Positions 1-7,745 of a DNA stretch of 32,000 nucleotides are shown here, piece after piece. The stretch is from NCBI RefSeq assembly GCF_001457595.1, contig NZ_LN831039.1, forward strand, positions 6,780,001-6,812,000. The letters are read 5' to 3'. The stretch is from Mycolicibacterium smegmatis (GTDB taxonomy: Bacteria > Actinomycetota > Actinomycetes > Mycobacteriales > Mycobacteriaceae). The first letter of the stretch is position 1; each line of letters begins with the position of its first letter. Under the pieces are notes generated by a model. That model was given only the letters and a program-made list of their open reading frames with translations. It searched no databases and was not told the origin of the DNA. A program made the position numbers and the translations under genes.

Positions 1-503
1 TGCGTGACACCGGGCTGATGAACCAGTTCAACTCCGACGCCAACGCCATCGCGCACGGGCATCAGGTGTGCCGGCGTCTGGAGGACGGCGAACCGCAGCA
101 GGGTCTGCCCGCCGACAAGATCGCCGTCGACACGTTCTGTCCGCATTTCGCCCAGGGCTTCCACGTGCTCGACACCGTCAAGGTGTCCGGGATCTTCGTG
201 CTCACCGACAGTCTGGGTGCCGAAGGAATTGCCGTCGACGGATCCTCGTGCACGGGAAACAGCGGCTACTCCGACATCGGGCCCGACACCGACGTGACCG
301 TGAAGAACGGCAAAGGCGAGATCCTGACCACCACGACGCTCGGCCGCGGGACCGGCGGCTCCGCGGAGTGCCGGTTCACCTTCGCGTTCCCCGTCACCGA
401 AGGTGAGGACCTCTACATCGTCTCGGTCGGCAGACGAGGCGAATTCCGCTACAGCTTCGACCAACTCCGCAGCCGCGGCGTGCAGGTCCACCTGGGGACC
501 TGA
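1..503 (+). CDS. 3' part of a DUF732-like mycobacterial protein (N-terminus outside the window)
   Basis: The frame is open to the left edge. It contains an 'AIAHGHQVCRRLEDG' DUF732-like motif followed by a Cys-containing beta-rich C-terminal region (CTGNSGYSDIGPDTDVTVKNGKG...CRFTF). Confidence 0.6.
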   Translation, partial: RDTGLMNQFNSDANAIAHGHQVCRRLEDGEPQQGLPADKIAVDTFCPHFAQGFHVLDTVKVSGIFVLTDSLGAEGIAVDGSSCTGNSGYSDIGPDTDVTVKNGKGEILTTTTLGRGTGGSAECRFTFAFPVTEGEDLYIVSVGRRGEFRYSFDQLRSRGVQVHLGT

Positions 504-509
504 GGCCGG

Positions 510-1193
510 TCACCGGTTGGTGTCCGTCTCCTCGGCCGCCAACTTCTCGACGACCTGAGACAGCGTCTGCCAGTTCTGTTCGGTGGCGGCGGCCGCGCCC
601 TCGGCGTCGCGTTTGCGGCACAGGCTCACGATCCTGCGGTGCTGTTCGATGGATTCGCGACCGGAAAGCGCTGAGAAACGCAGATATTCGAGCCGCCGCA
701 GCACCGGGGTGACCTGTTCGAGCACCTGCTCGATCACCTCGTTGCCACTGGCCTGCACCGCCACGCCGTGAAAATGGTCGTCGCTGCGCATCGCGGCCTC
801 GGGATCGCCACGCGAAATGGCCTGAGCGAAAGCGTGGTTGGCCGCGGTCATCGCGTCGAAGTCACTCTTGTCCATGAGCGGCACCGCGGTGCGGACGGCC
901 AGCGCGTGCATCGCGGCCGCGACGCTCTGCGCGTTGAGCACGGCCTGCGGTTCGATCGCGGCGACCACGGTCGAACGCCCCGGCGTGGTGTGCACCAGGC
1001 CTGCCGTCTCCAACCGCGCGAGCGCCTCGCGGATCGGGGTCCGGCTGATGCCCAGCCACTCCTCGAGTTCGGGATCGCGCAGTTTCTCGCCGGGCGCCAG
1101 GGTGCCGTTGACGATCGCGTCCCGGATGGAGACGTAGGCCTGATCGCGCAGCAGCGACCTACGGTGCTTACCGCGCTCTATGGGCACCGGCAT
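510..1193 (-). CDS. GntR family transcriptional regulator, FCD (FadR-like) subfamily
   Basis: N-terminal wHTH 'AYVSIRDAIVNGTLAPGEKLRDPELEEWLGISRTPIREALARLETAGLV', followed by an all-helical FCD-like domain with conserved His and Asp residues. Confidence 0.9.
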   Translation of the reverse strand: MPVPIERGKHRRSLLRDQAYVSIRDAIVNGTLAPGEKLRDPELEEWLGISRTPIREALARLETAGLVHTTPGRSTVVAAIEPQAVLNAQSVAAAMHALAVRTAVPLMDKSDFDAMTAANHAFAQAISRGDPEAAMRSDDHFHGVAVQASGNEVIEQVLEQVTPVLRRLEYLRFSALSGRESIEQHRRIVSLCRKRDAEGAAAATEQNWQTLSQVVEKLAAEETDTNR

Positions 1194-1352
1194 GCGACGT
1201 ATCGTATATCGCCATTTGCTGGGCGCCGCCTGTCGGTGGTCTGTGGCCTACTTGTTACGAGAGTTTGTCCCAACTGTCACAGGGGTAACTTTGATAACAG
1301 ACGCGAACAACGCGCCCACAGTCACGAAGAAAGAGTCGAATGGAACACGCTC

Positions 1353-1799
1353 ATGAACACCGTCCTGTACCTCAGCGCCTCCGGCGCGACCTATGAAACC
1401 GATGCATACACCCCGGCCGACATCACCCGCCTGGTCCGCGGCCACGGCCTGCAGAGCCTGACCAGCACCGACCGGCAGTTCGACTTCTGGTTCAGCCCGG
1501 CCCTGCTCCACTGCCAGCGCCGCACCAACCGCGTCGCCACCGAGTTGCTCCTGGCCACCACCGGTTTCACACCCAAAGACGTCCCGCTGCTGCGCGGCGC
1601 GGTGGTGATCGCCACCCACGACACCGACGGCGAACTCGACGGCCTGAGCTGGCAACAACTCGACACTCTCGTCGCCCGGCACCACGCACTGACAAAGCGT
1701 GACCGCAAGAGGCTTCGCCGCCGCATCGGACGTGACTGCCTCCCGGCAGCCGAGTCCCTGATCGGCCCGGCAGCGGGCCGTCCACACGCGCCGGCGTAG
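1353..1799 (+). CDS. hypothetical protein (about 148 aa)
   Basis: ORF from ATG 1353 (MNTVLYLSASGATYETDAYTPADITRLVRGHG...). Protein-like composition, in contrast to the Arg/Pro-rich overlapping frames. No family recognised. Confidence 0.6.
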   Translation: MNTVLYLSASGATYETDAYTPADITRLVRGHGLQSLTSTDRQFDFWFSPALLHCQRRTNRVATELLLATTGFTPKDVPLLRGAVVIATHDTDGELDGLSWQQLDTLVARHHALTKRDRKRLRRRIGRDCLPAAESLIGPAAGRPHAPA

Positions 1800-1924
1800 G
1801 TATCGCTCCATCGACCGTGCCGCCACGGCGAGATCCGAGCCGATCTTCCGCCGTAGCTGCACGGTCGCCGCATCGATGCCCTCTCGCAGCGTTCACACAG
1901 ACACGCTTGCCGTTGACAATGCCA

Positions 1925-1958
1925 CTGAGGAATGTGCAATATATTGCACATTCCTCAG
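1925..1958. promoter_or_regulatory. perfect 34-bp palindrome upstream of acdS (probable operator)
   Basis: CTGAGGAATGTGCAATA|TATTGCACATTCCTCAG, read directly; a TTGACA lies at 1913-1918. Confidence 0.75.
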
Positions 1959-1981
1959 CCTGACGGCGTCGGCCCGTCAGG
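1959..1981 (+). promoter_or_regulatory. leader hairpin candidate before acdS
   Basis: CCTGACGG-cgtcggc-CCGTCAGG: 8-bp perfect arms with a 7-nt loop, directly abutting the 34-bp palindrome. Confidence 0.5.
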
Positions 1982-2008
1982 GTGAATCCGCATCCAGTCA
2001 GGAGAACC

Positions 2009-3013
2009 ATGGCGATCGACGACTTCCCGCGTTATCCGCTCACGTTCGGCCCCAGCCCGATCCACCCCCTCGAACGCCTCACCAAACACCTCGGCGGCGC
2101 ACAGATCTGGGCCAAGCGTGAGGACGTCAACTCGGGCCTGGCCTACGGCGGCAACAAGACCCGCAAGCTGGAGTACCTGATCCCCGATGCGCTGGCACAG
2201 GGCGCCGACACCCTGGTGTCGATCGGCGGCGTGCAGTCCAACCACACCCGCCAGGTGGCGGCGGTGGCGGCCAAACTGGGGATGAAAGCCGTTCTGGTGC
2301 AGGAGAAGTGGGTGGACTGGCCGGACTCGGTCAACGACAAGGTGGGCAACATCCTGCTCTCGCGCGTCATGGGCGCCGACGTCCGGCTCGACGCGTCGGG
2401 TTTCGGCATCGAGTTCAAGGACAGCTGGCGCAACGCCATCGAGGACGTCAAGAACGCAGGCGGCACACCGTATGCCATCCCCGCGGGCGCATCCGACCAT
2501 CCGCTCGGCGGCCTCGGCTTCGCGAATTGGGCCTATGAGGTACAGCGGCAGGAGCAGGAACTCGGCGTCTTCTTCGACACCATCGTCGTCTGCACCGTCA
2601 CCGGATCCACCCACGCCGGCATGATCGCCGGTTTCGCCGGACAGAACCGGCCGCGCCGCGTGATCGGCATCGACGCGTCGGCCACGATCGACAAGACCCG
2701 TGAGCAGGTCACGCGCATCGCGCGCAACACCGCGCATCGCATCGGGCTCGGACGCGACCTGCACGACGACGAGATCACGGTGCTCGAGGGCTGGGCCGGC
2801 GAGCTGTACGGCATCCCGGTGCAGTCGACCATCGACGCCATCAAGCTCACGGGCCGCCTCGAAGGCGTCATCCTCGACCCGGTCTACGAGGGCAAGTCCA
2901 TGGCCGGGCTCATCGACCTGGTGCGGTCCGGCGAGATCCCGCCGTCGTCGACGGTGCTCTACGCCCACCTCGGCGGACAGCCCGCGCTCAACGCCTACAG
3001 CGGCATCTTCTGA
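2009..3013 (+). CDS. acdS: 1-aminocyclopropane-1-carboxylate deaminase (PLP-dependent fold type II)
   Basis: [30 protein letters not shown] (PLP Lys), [60 protein letters not shown]. Start with an upstream GGAG Shine-Dalgarno-like sequence. Confidence 0.93.
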   Translation: MAIDDFPRYPLTFGPSPIHPLERLTKHLGGAQIWAKREDVNSGLAYGGNKTRKLEYLIPDALAQGADTLVSIGGVQSNHTRQVAAVAAKLGMKAVLVQEKWVDWPDSVNDKVGNILLSRVMGADVRLDASGFGIEFKDSWRNAIEDVKNAGGTPYAIPAGASDHPLGGLGFANWAYEVQRQEQELGVFFDTIVVCTVTGSTHAGMIAGFAGQNRPRRVIGIDASATIDKTREQVTRIARNTAHRIGLGRDLHDDEITVLEGWAGELYGIPVQSTIDAIKLTGRLEGVILDPVYEGKSMAGLIDLVRSGEIPPSSTVLYAHLGGQPALNAYSGIF

Positions 3014-3694
3014 CTACCGTGATTCGATGATCTGCCCGGCGATGTCGACCAGACGCGTGTTGCTGTGCTGCGACAGCTGCCGCATCATCTCGAATGCCTG
3101 CACATCGTCGACCTTGTAGCGCTCCATGATGATGCCCTTGGCCTGGCCGATGCGGTCACGGCTCAGCAGCGCGGTCTTGAGTTGCTCTTCCTGGCGGCTC
3201 GCGACGATCGCCGACGCGGCATGCGCGGCCAGCACCGTGCCGGTGGTCACCGCGTCCTCGTCCCAGTTCATGGGGCTGAACCCGAACAGGTTGAGTGCAC
3301 CCGCCGTGCGGTCGGCGGTGTAGAGCTTGAACGACAGTCCGCTGAGCACCCCGAGCTCGACGCTCGCAGGCGAGTACCGCGGCCACCGCTGCTCAGCACG
3401 GAAGTCCTCGGTGCGCACCACGAGATCGGCCAGCGCGGCCTGTCGGCACGGACCCTCGTCGAACCGCATCTGCAGCTCGTCGAGCGCGTGAGGGAGTTCG
3501 TCGAGTGCCGCGAGCGATTCGAAGGTGTTCCCCGGGCCGATCAGCAGAACACCCGCGGTGTCCACGCCAGGTATGAGCTCTTTGGCGGCGGTGGTGACAC
3601 CGGTCAGGACGTCGGCCAGGCTGCGTGGACTCGCGACGGCACGCGCCAGATCGGCCATGCGCATCGCGAGCTCGTGGTTTCGGCTCTCGCCCAT
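3014..3694 (-). CDS. GAF-ANTAR domain protein (putative RNA-binding antiterminator)
   Basis: GAF-like region (GVLLIGPGNTFESLAA...LNLFGFSPMNWDEDA) followed by ANTAR 'LKTALLSRDRIGQAKGIIMERYKVDDVQAFEMMRQLSQHSNTRLVDIAGQI'. Confidence 0.88.
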   Translation of the reverse strand: MGESRNHELAMRMADLARAVASPRSLADVLTGVTTAAKELIPGVDTAGVLLIGPGNTFESLAALDELPHALDELQMRFDEGPCRQAALADLVVRTEDFRAEQRWPRYSPASVELGVLSGLSFKLYTADRTAGALNLFGFSPMNWDEDAVTTGTVLAAHAASAIVASRQEEQLKTALLSRDRIGQAKGIIMERYKVDDVQAFEMMRQLSQHSNTRLVDIAGQIIESR

Positions 3695-3719
3695 CCCGGC
3701 ATTCTGCACGACATCTCGG

Positions 3720-4310
3720 TCAGGACGGTCGCGGGTGCTGTGTTCTGGATGTTCTGGCTGTTCCAGCTGTTCTGGCGTAGTGCCGTGCCGCCCGGGCCCG
3801 GTTACCGCACGGCTTGCTGCACCACTCCCGGCGCCCGTCGGTGAGGAAATAGAGGACGCAGCCCGGACCTGGGCAGGCACGCAGTCGGTCGCGCAGAGGG
3901 CCACCGAAAATCCCGACGGCGTTGTCGGCGATGACACCGAGCGCGGTCTCGACCGGATTGCCGGAGCTGCGTTGCACCACGTGCGGTTCCGGGTCGAAGG
4001 CGAGTTCATGCCACCGCGGCGGTGAGGCGGCGTACGCGTTGACGGTCGCCACGGCGTCGGCATCCCACTCGTGGCCTCCGGTGATCGCCGCCGCGATGTC
4101 GCGGATCGCGGCCCGCAACGTCCGCGCGGCGTCGACGTCGCGTCGTGTGACCTCCCGGACTTCAAAGCCGTTGTCCCGCAACCATTGCGTAAGCATCTCC
4201 GGGGTTTCGAGCCCCTCGGCCGGGCGCCCCCGCACGGCGAACGTCGTGTTGGCGAACTCGATGGCCACCGGTTCGCCCAGCAACGGGGCACCACCGGACG
4301 AGCTCTGCAT
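3720..4310 (-). CDS. CGNR zinc-finger / ABATE domain putative transcriptional regulator
   Basis: C-terminal 'RLRACPGPGCVLYFLTDGRREWCSKPCGNRARAARHYAR' CGNR zinc finger; N-terminal 'GEPVAIEFANTTFAVRG' typical of ABATE domains. Confidence 0.9.
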   Translation of the reverse strand: MQSSSGGAPLLGEPVAIEFANTTFAVRGRPAEGLETPEMLTQWLRDNGFEVREVTRRDVDAARTLRAAIRDIAAAITGGHEWDADAVATVNAYAASPPRWHELAFDPEPHVVQRSSGNPVETALGVIADNAVGIFGGPLRDRLRACPGPGCVLYFLTDGRREWCSKPCGNRARAARHYARTAGTARTSRTQHPRPS

Positions 4311-4312
4311 CC

Positions 4313-4393
4313 TTCTAATGTTACGCGCCCATTGACAGCGTTAGAAACATATGCCTATCTTCTAATGCGTCAGAAGTTTGCAAAGCATTAGAA
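4313..4393. promoter_or_regulatory. duplicated inverted-repeat operator and promoter candidate between the CGNR and VOC genes
   Basis: TTCTAATG 4313-4320 / CGTTAGAA 4339-4346, and TTCTAATG 4360-4367 / CATTAGAA 4386-4393. Candidate promoter TTGACA 4332-4337, N18, TATCTT 4356-4361. Confidence 0.65.
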
Positions 4394-4405
4394 ATGGGGT
4401 TCCAC

Positions 4406-4861
4406 ATGGCTGGTTTCGCACTGGGGCACGCCGGGATCAACGTCACCGATCTGTCCCGATCGAAGTCGTTCTACCAAACGGTCTTCGGCTTCGACGTCCT
4501 GCGGGAACACACCGACGGCGACAAGCGATTCGCGTTCCTCGGCACCGACGGCGCACTCGCGGTCACGCTGTGGGAGCAGAGCAGCGGGGTCTTCGCCACC
4601 GACCGGCCCGGCCTGCATCACCTGGCGTTCCTGGTCGACGACATCGACGCCGTCCGCGCGGCCGAGGCGCGTGTGCGCGACGCGGGTGCGGAGGTCCTGC
4701 ACGGCGGCGTGGTCCCCCACCAGGAGGGTGCGTCGTCGGGCGGTATCTTCTTCACCGACCCCGATGGCACGCGCATCGAGATCTACTCGGCTACCGGGGC
4801 CGACGTCGTCGGTGCTCACGCAGCGCCCTTCGGTGACGCCCCCACCTGCGGTTTCTTCTGA
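4406..4861 (+). CDS. VOC (glyoxalase/bleomycin resistance/dioxygenase) superfamily protein
   Basis: LGHAGINVTDLSRSKSFYQTVFGFDVL...GLHHLAFLVDD...GGIFFTDPDGTRIEIYS. Start may alternatively be ATG 4394. Confidence 0.9.
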   Translation: MAGFALGHAGINVTDLSRSKSFYQTVFGFDVLREHTDGDKRFAFLGTDGALAVTLWEQSSGVFATDRPGLHHLAFLVDDIDAVRAAEARVRDAGAEVLHGGVVPHQEGASSGGIFFTDPDGTRIEIYSATGADVVGAHAAPFGDAPTCGFF

Positions 4862-4871
4862 TGGAGTCGTG

Positions 4872-5726
4872 ATGGAACACCCCGGCGAAACCACCCTGCA
4901 GGGCCGGTCCGGCATGTCCGGGCGGCCGTGGGGATCCGCGCACGTCGGCCAGACGATCCCGACGGTCGCCGCCGAGTTCATGAGCGCACAGCGCCTGGCC
5001 GTCGTCGGCGCCCGCGACGATGCGGGACGCGTCTGGGCCGGGCCGCTCACCGGACCGCCGGGGTTCCTGTCGGCACGCGGCGAGACCACCGTGGTGGCCG
5101 CCGCGGTTCCCGGGCCGCTGGATCCGCTGGCCGGCGCGTTCGACACCGGATGCGCCGTCGGCATGCTGATCATCGATTTCACCAGCCGAAAACGCATGCG
5201 GGTCAACGGCATCGCCACGCGCGACGGCGAAAGCCTGATCGTCGAGACCGATCAGGTATATGCCAACTGCCCCAAGTACATCCAGATGCGCGAACCTGCC
5301 GATGCACCGGCACTGCCGCCTCCCAGCCGCACCGTCGGCGCCGAACTCACTGCGGCGCAGCGGGTGTGGATCGAGTCGTCGGACACGTTCTTCATCGCCA
5401 CCCAGGCGGATCCGCACGGGACGGACGCATCGCACCGCGGCGGCCACCCAGGCTTCGTGACCACGTCGTCGGCCTGCCGTCTGTCATGGCCCGAATACTC
5501 GGGCAACCTGATGTACATGACGCTCGGCAACCTTGAGGTCGATTCCCGGGCCGGGTTGCTGTTCGTCGACTGGGAGCGGGGCTCCACACTGCACCTGACC
5601 GGACACGCGCGGACGGACTGGGAGCGCCAGGTGGTCGACTTCGACCTCGAGCAGGTCGTCGAGATCGATGCTGCGATACCGCTGACCTGGACGTTCGTCG
5701 AGTACTCGAAGTTCAACCCGGCCTGA
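4872..5726 (+). CDS. pyridoxamine 5'-phosphate oxidase-like / FMN-binding split-barrel protein
   Basis: [71 protein letters not shown]. Starts 10 nt after the VOC stop codon. Confidence 0.82.
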   Translation: MEHPGETTLQGRSGMSGRPWGSAHVGQTIPTVAAEFMSAQRLAVVGARDDAGRVWAGPLTGPPGFLSARGETTVVAAAVPGPLDPLAGAFDTGCAVGMLIIDFTSRKRMRVNGIATRDGESLIVETDQVYANCPKYIQMREPADAPALPPPSRTVGAELTAAQRVWIESSDTFFIATQADPHGTDASHRGGHPGFVTTSSACRLSWPEYSGNLMYMTLGNLEVDSRAGLLFVDWERGSTLHLTGHARTDWERQVVDFDLEQVVEIDAAIPLTWTFVEYSKFNPA

Positions 5727-5756
5727 GCACCCGCATGGTCCCGCCGCCCCCACTTG

Positions 5757-5770
5757 TATAGTCAGGCGCG
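5757..5770 (+). promoter_or_regulatory. -10 element candidate for a leaderless mRNA
   Basis: TATAGT at 5757-5762, then 7 nt, then the GTG start codon at 5770. Confidence 0.5.
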
Positions 5771-6513
5771 TGGCGCAGGCACTGCACGTCCAGATCGCTC
5801 GGGATCTCCGTGACCGGATCCGTCGTGGCGAGTTGGGGTTGGGGACGGCCCTGCCGTCGGAATCCCAGCTGTGCGCACAGTGGAAGTCGTCGCGGGGCCC
5901 GGTGCGGCAGGCGCTCACGACGCTGCGCGCCGAGGGGTTGATCACCGGAGGCCCCGGCAAGCCGCCCGTGGTGTGTTCGACGGCCGTGGGCCAGCCCTTC
6001 GACACCCTGCTGTCGTATTCGGCGTGGGCGCACTCGATCGGACGCACACCCGGACAGCACACTCTCGAACTCAGCCTGCGCAGGGCCGATGAGCACGCCG
6101 CGGCGAGCCTGCACGTCGAAGTGGGATCCCCCGTGGTGCAACTGCTCCGGTTGCGTCTGCTCGACGGGTCCCCCGCGATGCTCGAGCGGGCGGCGTTCGT
6201 CGAACGCGTCGGACGCACATTGTTCGACTTCGATTGCGATTCCGGCTCGATCTGGGCCTTCCTGCAGTCGCGCGGCGTCCAACTCGCGACCGCATCGCAC
6301 ACCATCGACGCCGTCGGGGCCGATCCGGTCGACGCCACGAACCTTCAAGTGCCGGAGGGCACTCCACTGCTGCGGCAGCGCCGCACCACACGCGCGGCCG
6401 ACGGCGAGGTCATCGAGTTCCACGACGACCGCTACCTGCCCGGCCTCGTCACCTTCACGTTGGAGAACACGCTCGAGACGCGCACGACGTTGGCGCGCAA
6501 CGCGACACGTTGA
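5770..6513 (+). CDS. GntR family transcriptional regulator, HutC/UTRA subfamily
   Basis: HVQIARDLRDRIRRGELGLGTALPSESQLCAQWKSSRGPVRQALTTLRAEGLI, followed by a UTRA-like domain (LRLRLLDGSPAMLERAAFV...RTTRAADGEVIEFHDDRYLPG). Confidence 0.9.
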   Translation: MAQALHVQIARDLRDRIRRGELGLGTALPSESQLCAQWKSSRGPVRQALTTLRAEGLITGGPGKPPVVCSTAVGQPFDTLLSYSAWAHSIGRTPGQHTLELSLRRADEHAAASLHVEVGSPVVQLLRLRLLDGSPAMLERAAFVERVGRTLFDFDCDSGSIWAFLQSRGVQLATASHTIDAVGADPVDATNLQVPEGTPLLRQRRTTRAADGEVIEFHDDRYLPGLVTFTLENTLETRTTLARNATR

Positions 6514-6516
6514 CGC

Positions 6517-7587
6517 CTAGACGTCGGAGCTCTGCCGCCACAGGTCGATACCGGAATCCTTTGCGTACTGGTCGATCTGGCTGAGCTCCTCGTCGCTGAA
6601 CTCCAGATTGTCCAGCGCGCCGAGGTTTTCGTCGAGCTGCTCGACGCTGGACGCGCCGATCAACGTCGAGCTGACCGCCGGGTCACGCAGCACCCACGCC
6701 AGTGCCAGCTGTGCGAGCGTCTGACCGCGGCGCTTGGCGATCTCGGCCAGGCCGCGGAGTTGTTCGCGCACCTGATCGGTCACCAGGTCGTCGTCGAACG
6801 TCGGGCGCGCGGTGGCGCGATCGATGTCGGAGGCCGGTTTCTGCAGGTAGCGATCCGTCAGCAGGCCCTGCGCGAGTGCGGTGAACGCGATCGCACCCAT
6901 GCCGGCCTTGCGGAGTTCGTCGGTCAGGCCACCCTCGATCCAGCGGTTGAGCAGCGAGTAGGACGGCTGATGGATCACCAGCGGGGTGCCCAGACGTTTG
7001 GCGATCTCGGCCGCCTCGGCGGTCTTGGCGGCGGAGTAGGACGAGACCCCCACATAGCGCGCCTTCCCGGCGCGCACCGCGGTGTCGAGCGCGCCGATGG
7101 TCTCTTCGAGCGGCGTCACCGGATCGATGCGGTGCGAATAGAAGATGTCGACGTGGTCGATGCCCATCCGGTCGAGCGATTCATCAAGGCTTGCAAGCAC
7201 ATACGCGCGGCTGCCCAGTTGACCGTACGGACCCGGCCACATGTCCCAGCCGGCCTTGGTGGAGATGATCAGCTCGTTGCGGTACGGCTTGAAGTCGCGC
7301 CGCAGCATCCGGCCGAAGTTCTCCTCGGCCGAACCGTAGGGCGGTCCGTAGTTGTTGGCGAGATCGAAGTGGGTGATGCCGCGGTCGAACGCGTGCCGCA
7401 GCACGGCGCGTTGCACGTCGAAGGGCCGGTTGTCGCCGAAGTTGTACCAGAGCCCCAGCGATATCGCGGGCAGCAGCAACCCGGAGGTTCCTACGCGCCG
7501 GTAGGGCATGGCGTCGTAGCGGTTTTGGGACGCCACCCACGGGTCGTGCGTGAAGGGAACACCGGAGATCACGAGATCGTCAGCCAC
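6517..7587 (-). CDS. aldo/keto reductase, YghZ (L-glyceraldehyde-3-phosphate reductase)-like
   Basis: NRYDAMPYRRVGTSGLLLPAISLGLWYNFG, FDLANNYGPPYGSAEENFG, DIFYSHRIDPVTPLEETIGALD, VGVSSYSA. The start is uncertain: the track places it at 7647, and GTG 7587 is preferred because a TACGAT lies 6 nt upstream. Confidence 0.87.
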   Translation of the reverse strand: MADDLVISGVPFTHDPWVASQNRYDAMPYRRVGTSGLLLPAISLGLWYNFGDNRPFDVQRAVLRHAFDRGITHFDLANNYGPPYGSAEENFGRMLRRDFKPYRNELIISTKAGWDMWPGPYGQLGSRAYVLASLDESLDRMGIDHVDIFYSHRIDPVTPLEETIGALDTAVRAGKARYVGVSSYSAAKTAEAAEIAKRLGTPLVIHQPSYSLLNRWIEGGLTDELRKAGMGAIAFTALAQGLLTDRYLQKPASDIDRATARPTFDDDLVTDQVREQLRGLAEIAKRRGQTLAQLALAWVLRDPAVSSTLIGASSVEQLDENLGALDNLEFSDEELSQIDQYAKDSGIDLWRQSSDV

Positions 7588-7745
7588 ATTGGCATCGTAC
7601 GACCTCGTCGGCCCTTTCCGGTCGAGCAAAACCTGCCGCGACCGCATGCGTCATCGCCCGATCGGTATGCCAGCAGGTGGAATAAAAACCACAATGTGAC
7701 GGTCTGTGTAGGCACCAGGTTCGCCGCCCCGATTGGAGAGCGCAA

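Noticed and set aside
768-1352. N-terminal extension of the 343-aa plus-strand ORF
   Set aside because: Antisense to the GntR/FCD gene; protein-like sequence begins only around ATG 1353.
1248-1862. 204-aa minus-strand ORF and the peptide QLRRKIGSDLAVAARSMERYLRRR near 1775-1862 as a decayed regulator
   Set aside because: Mostly antisense to the small plus-strand ORF. The N-terminal stretch looks mildly protein-like, but there is no recognisable domain and the evidence is too weak for a pseudogene call.
3695-4294. N-terminal extension of the 426-aa GAF-ANTAR ORF
   Set aside because: Overlaps the CGNR zinc-finger gene out of frame and is Arg/Pro/Ser-rich. The genuine start is at or after MGESRN (3694).
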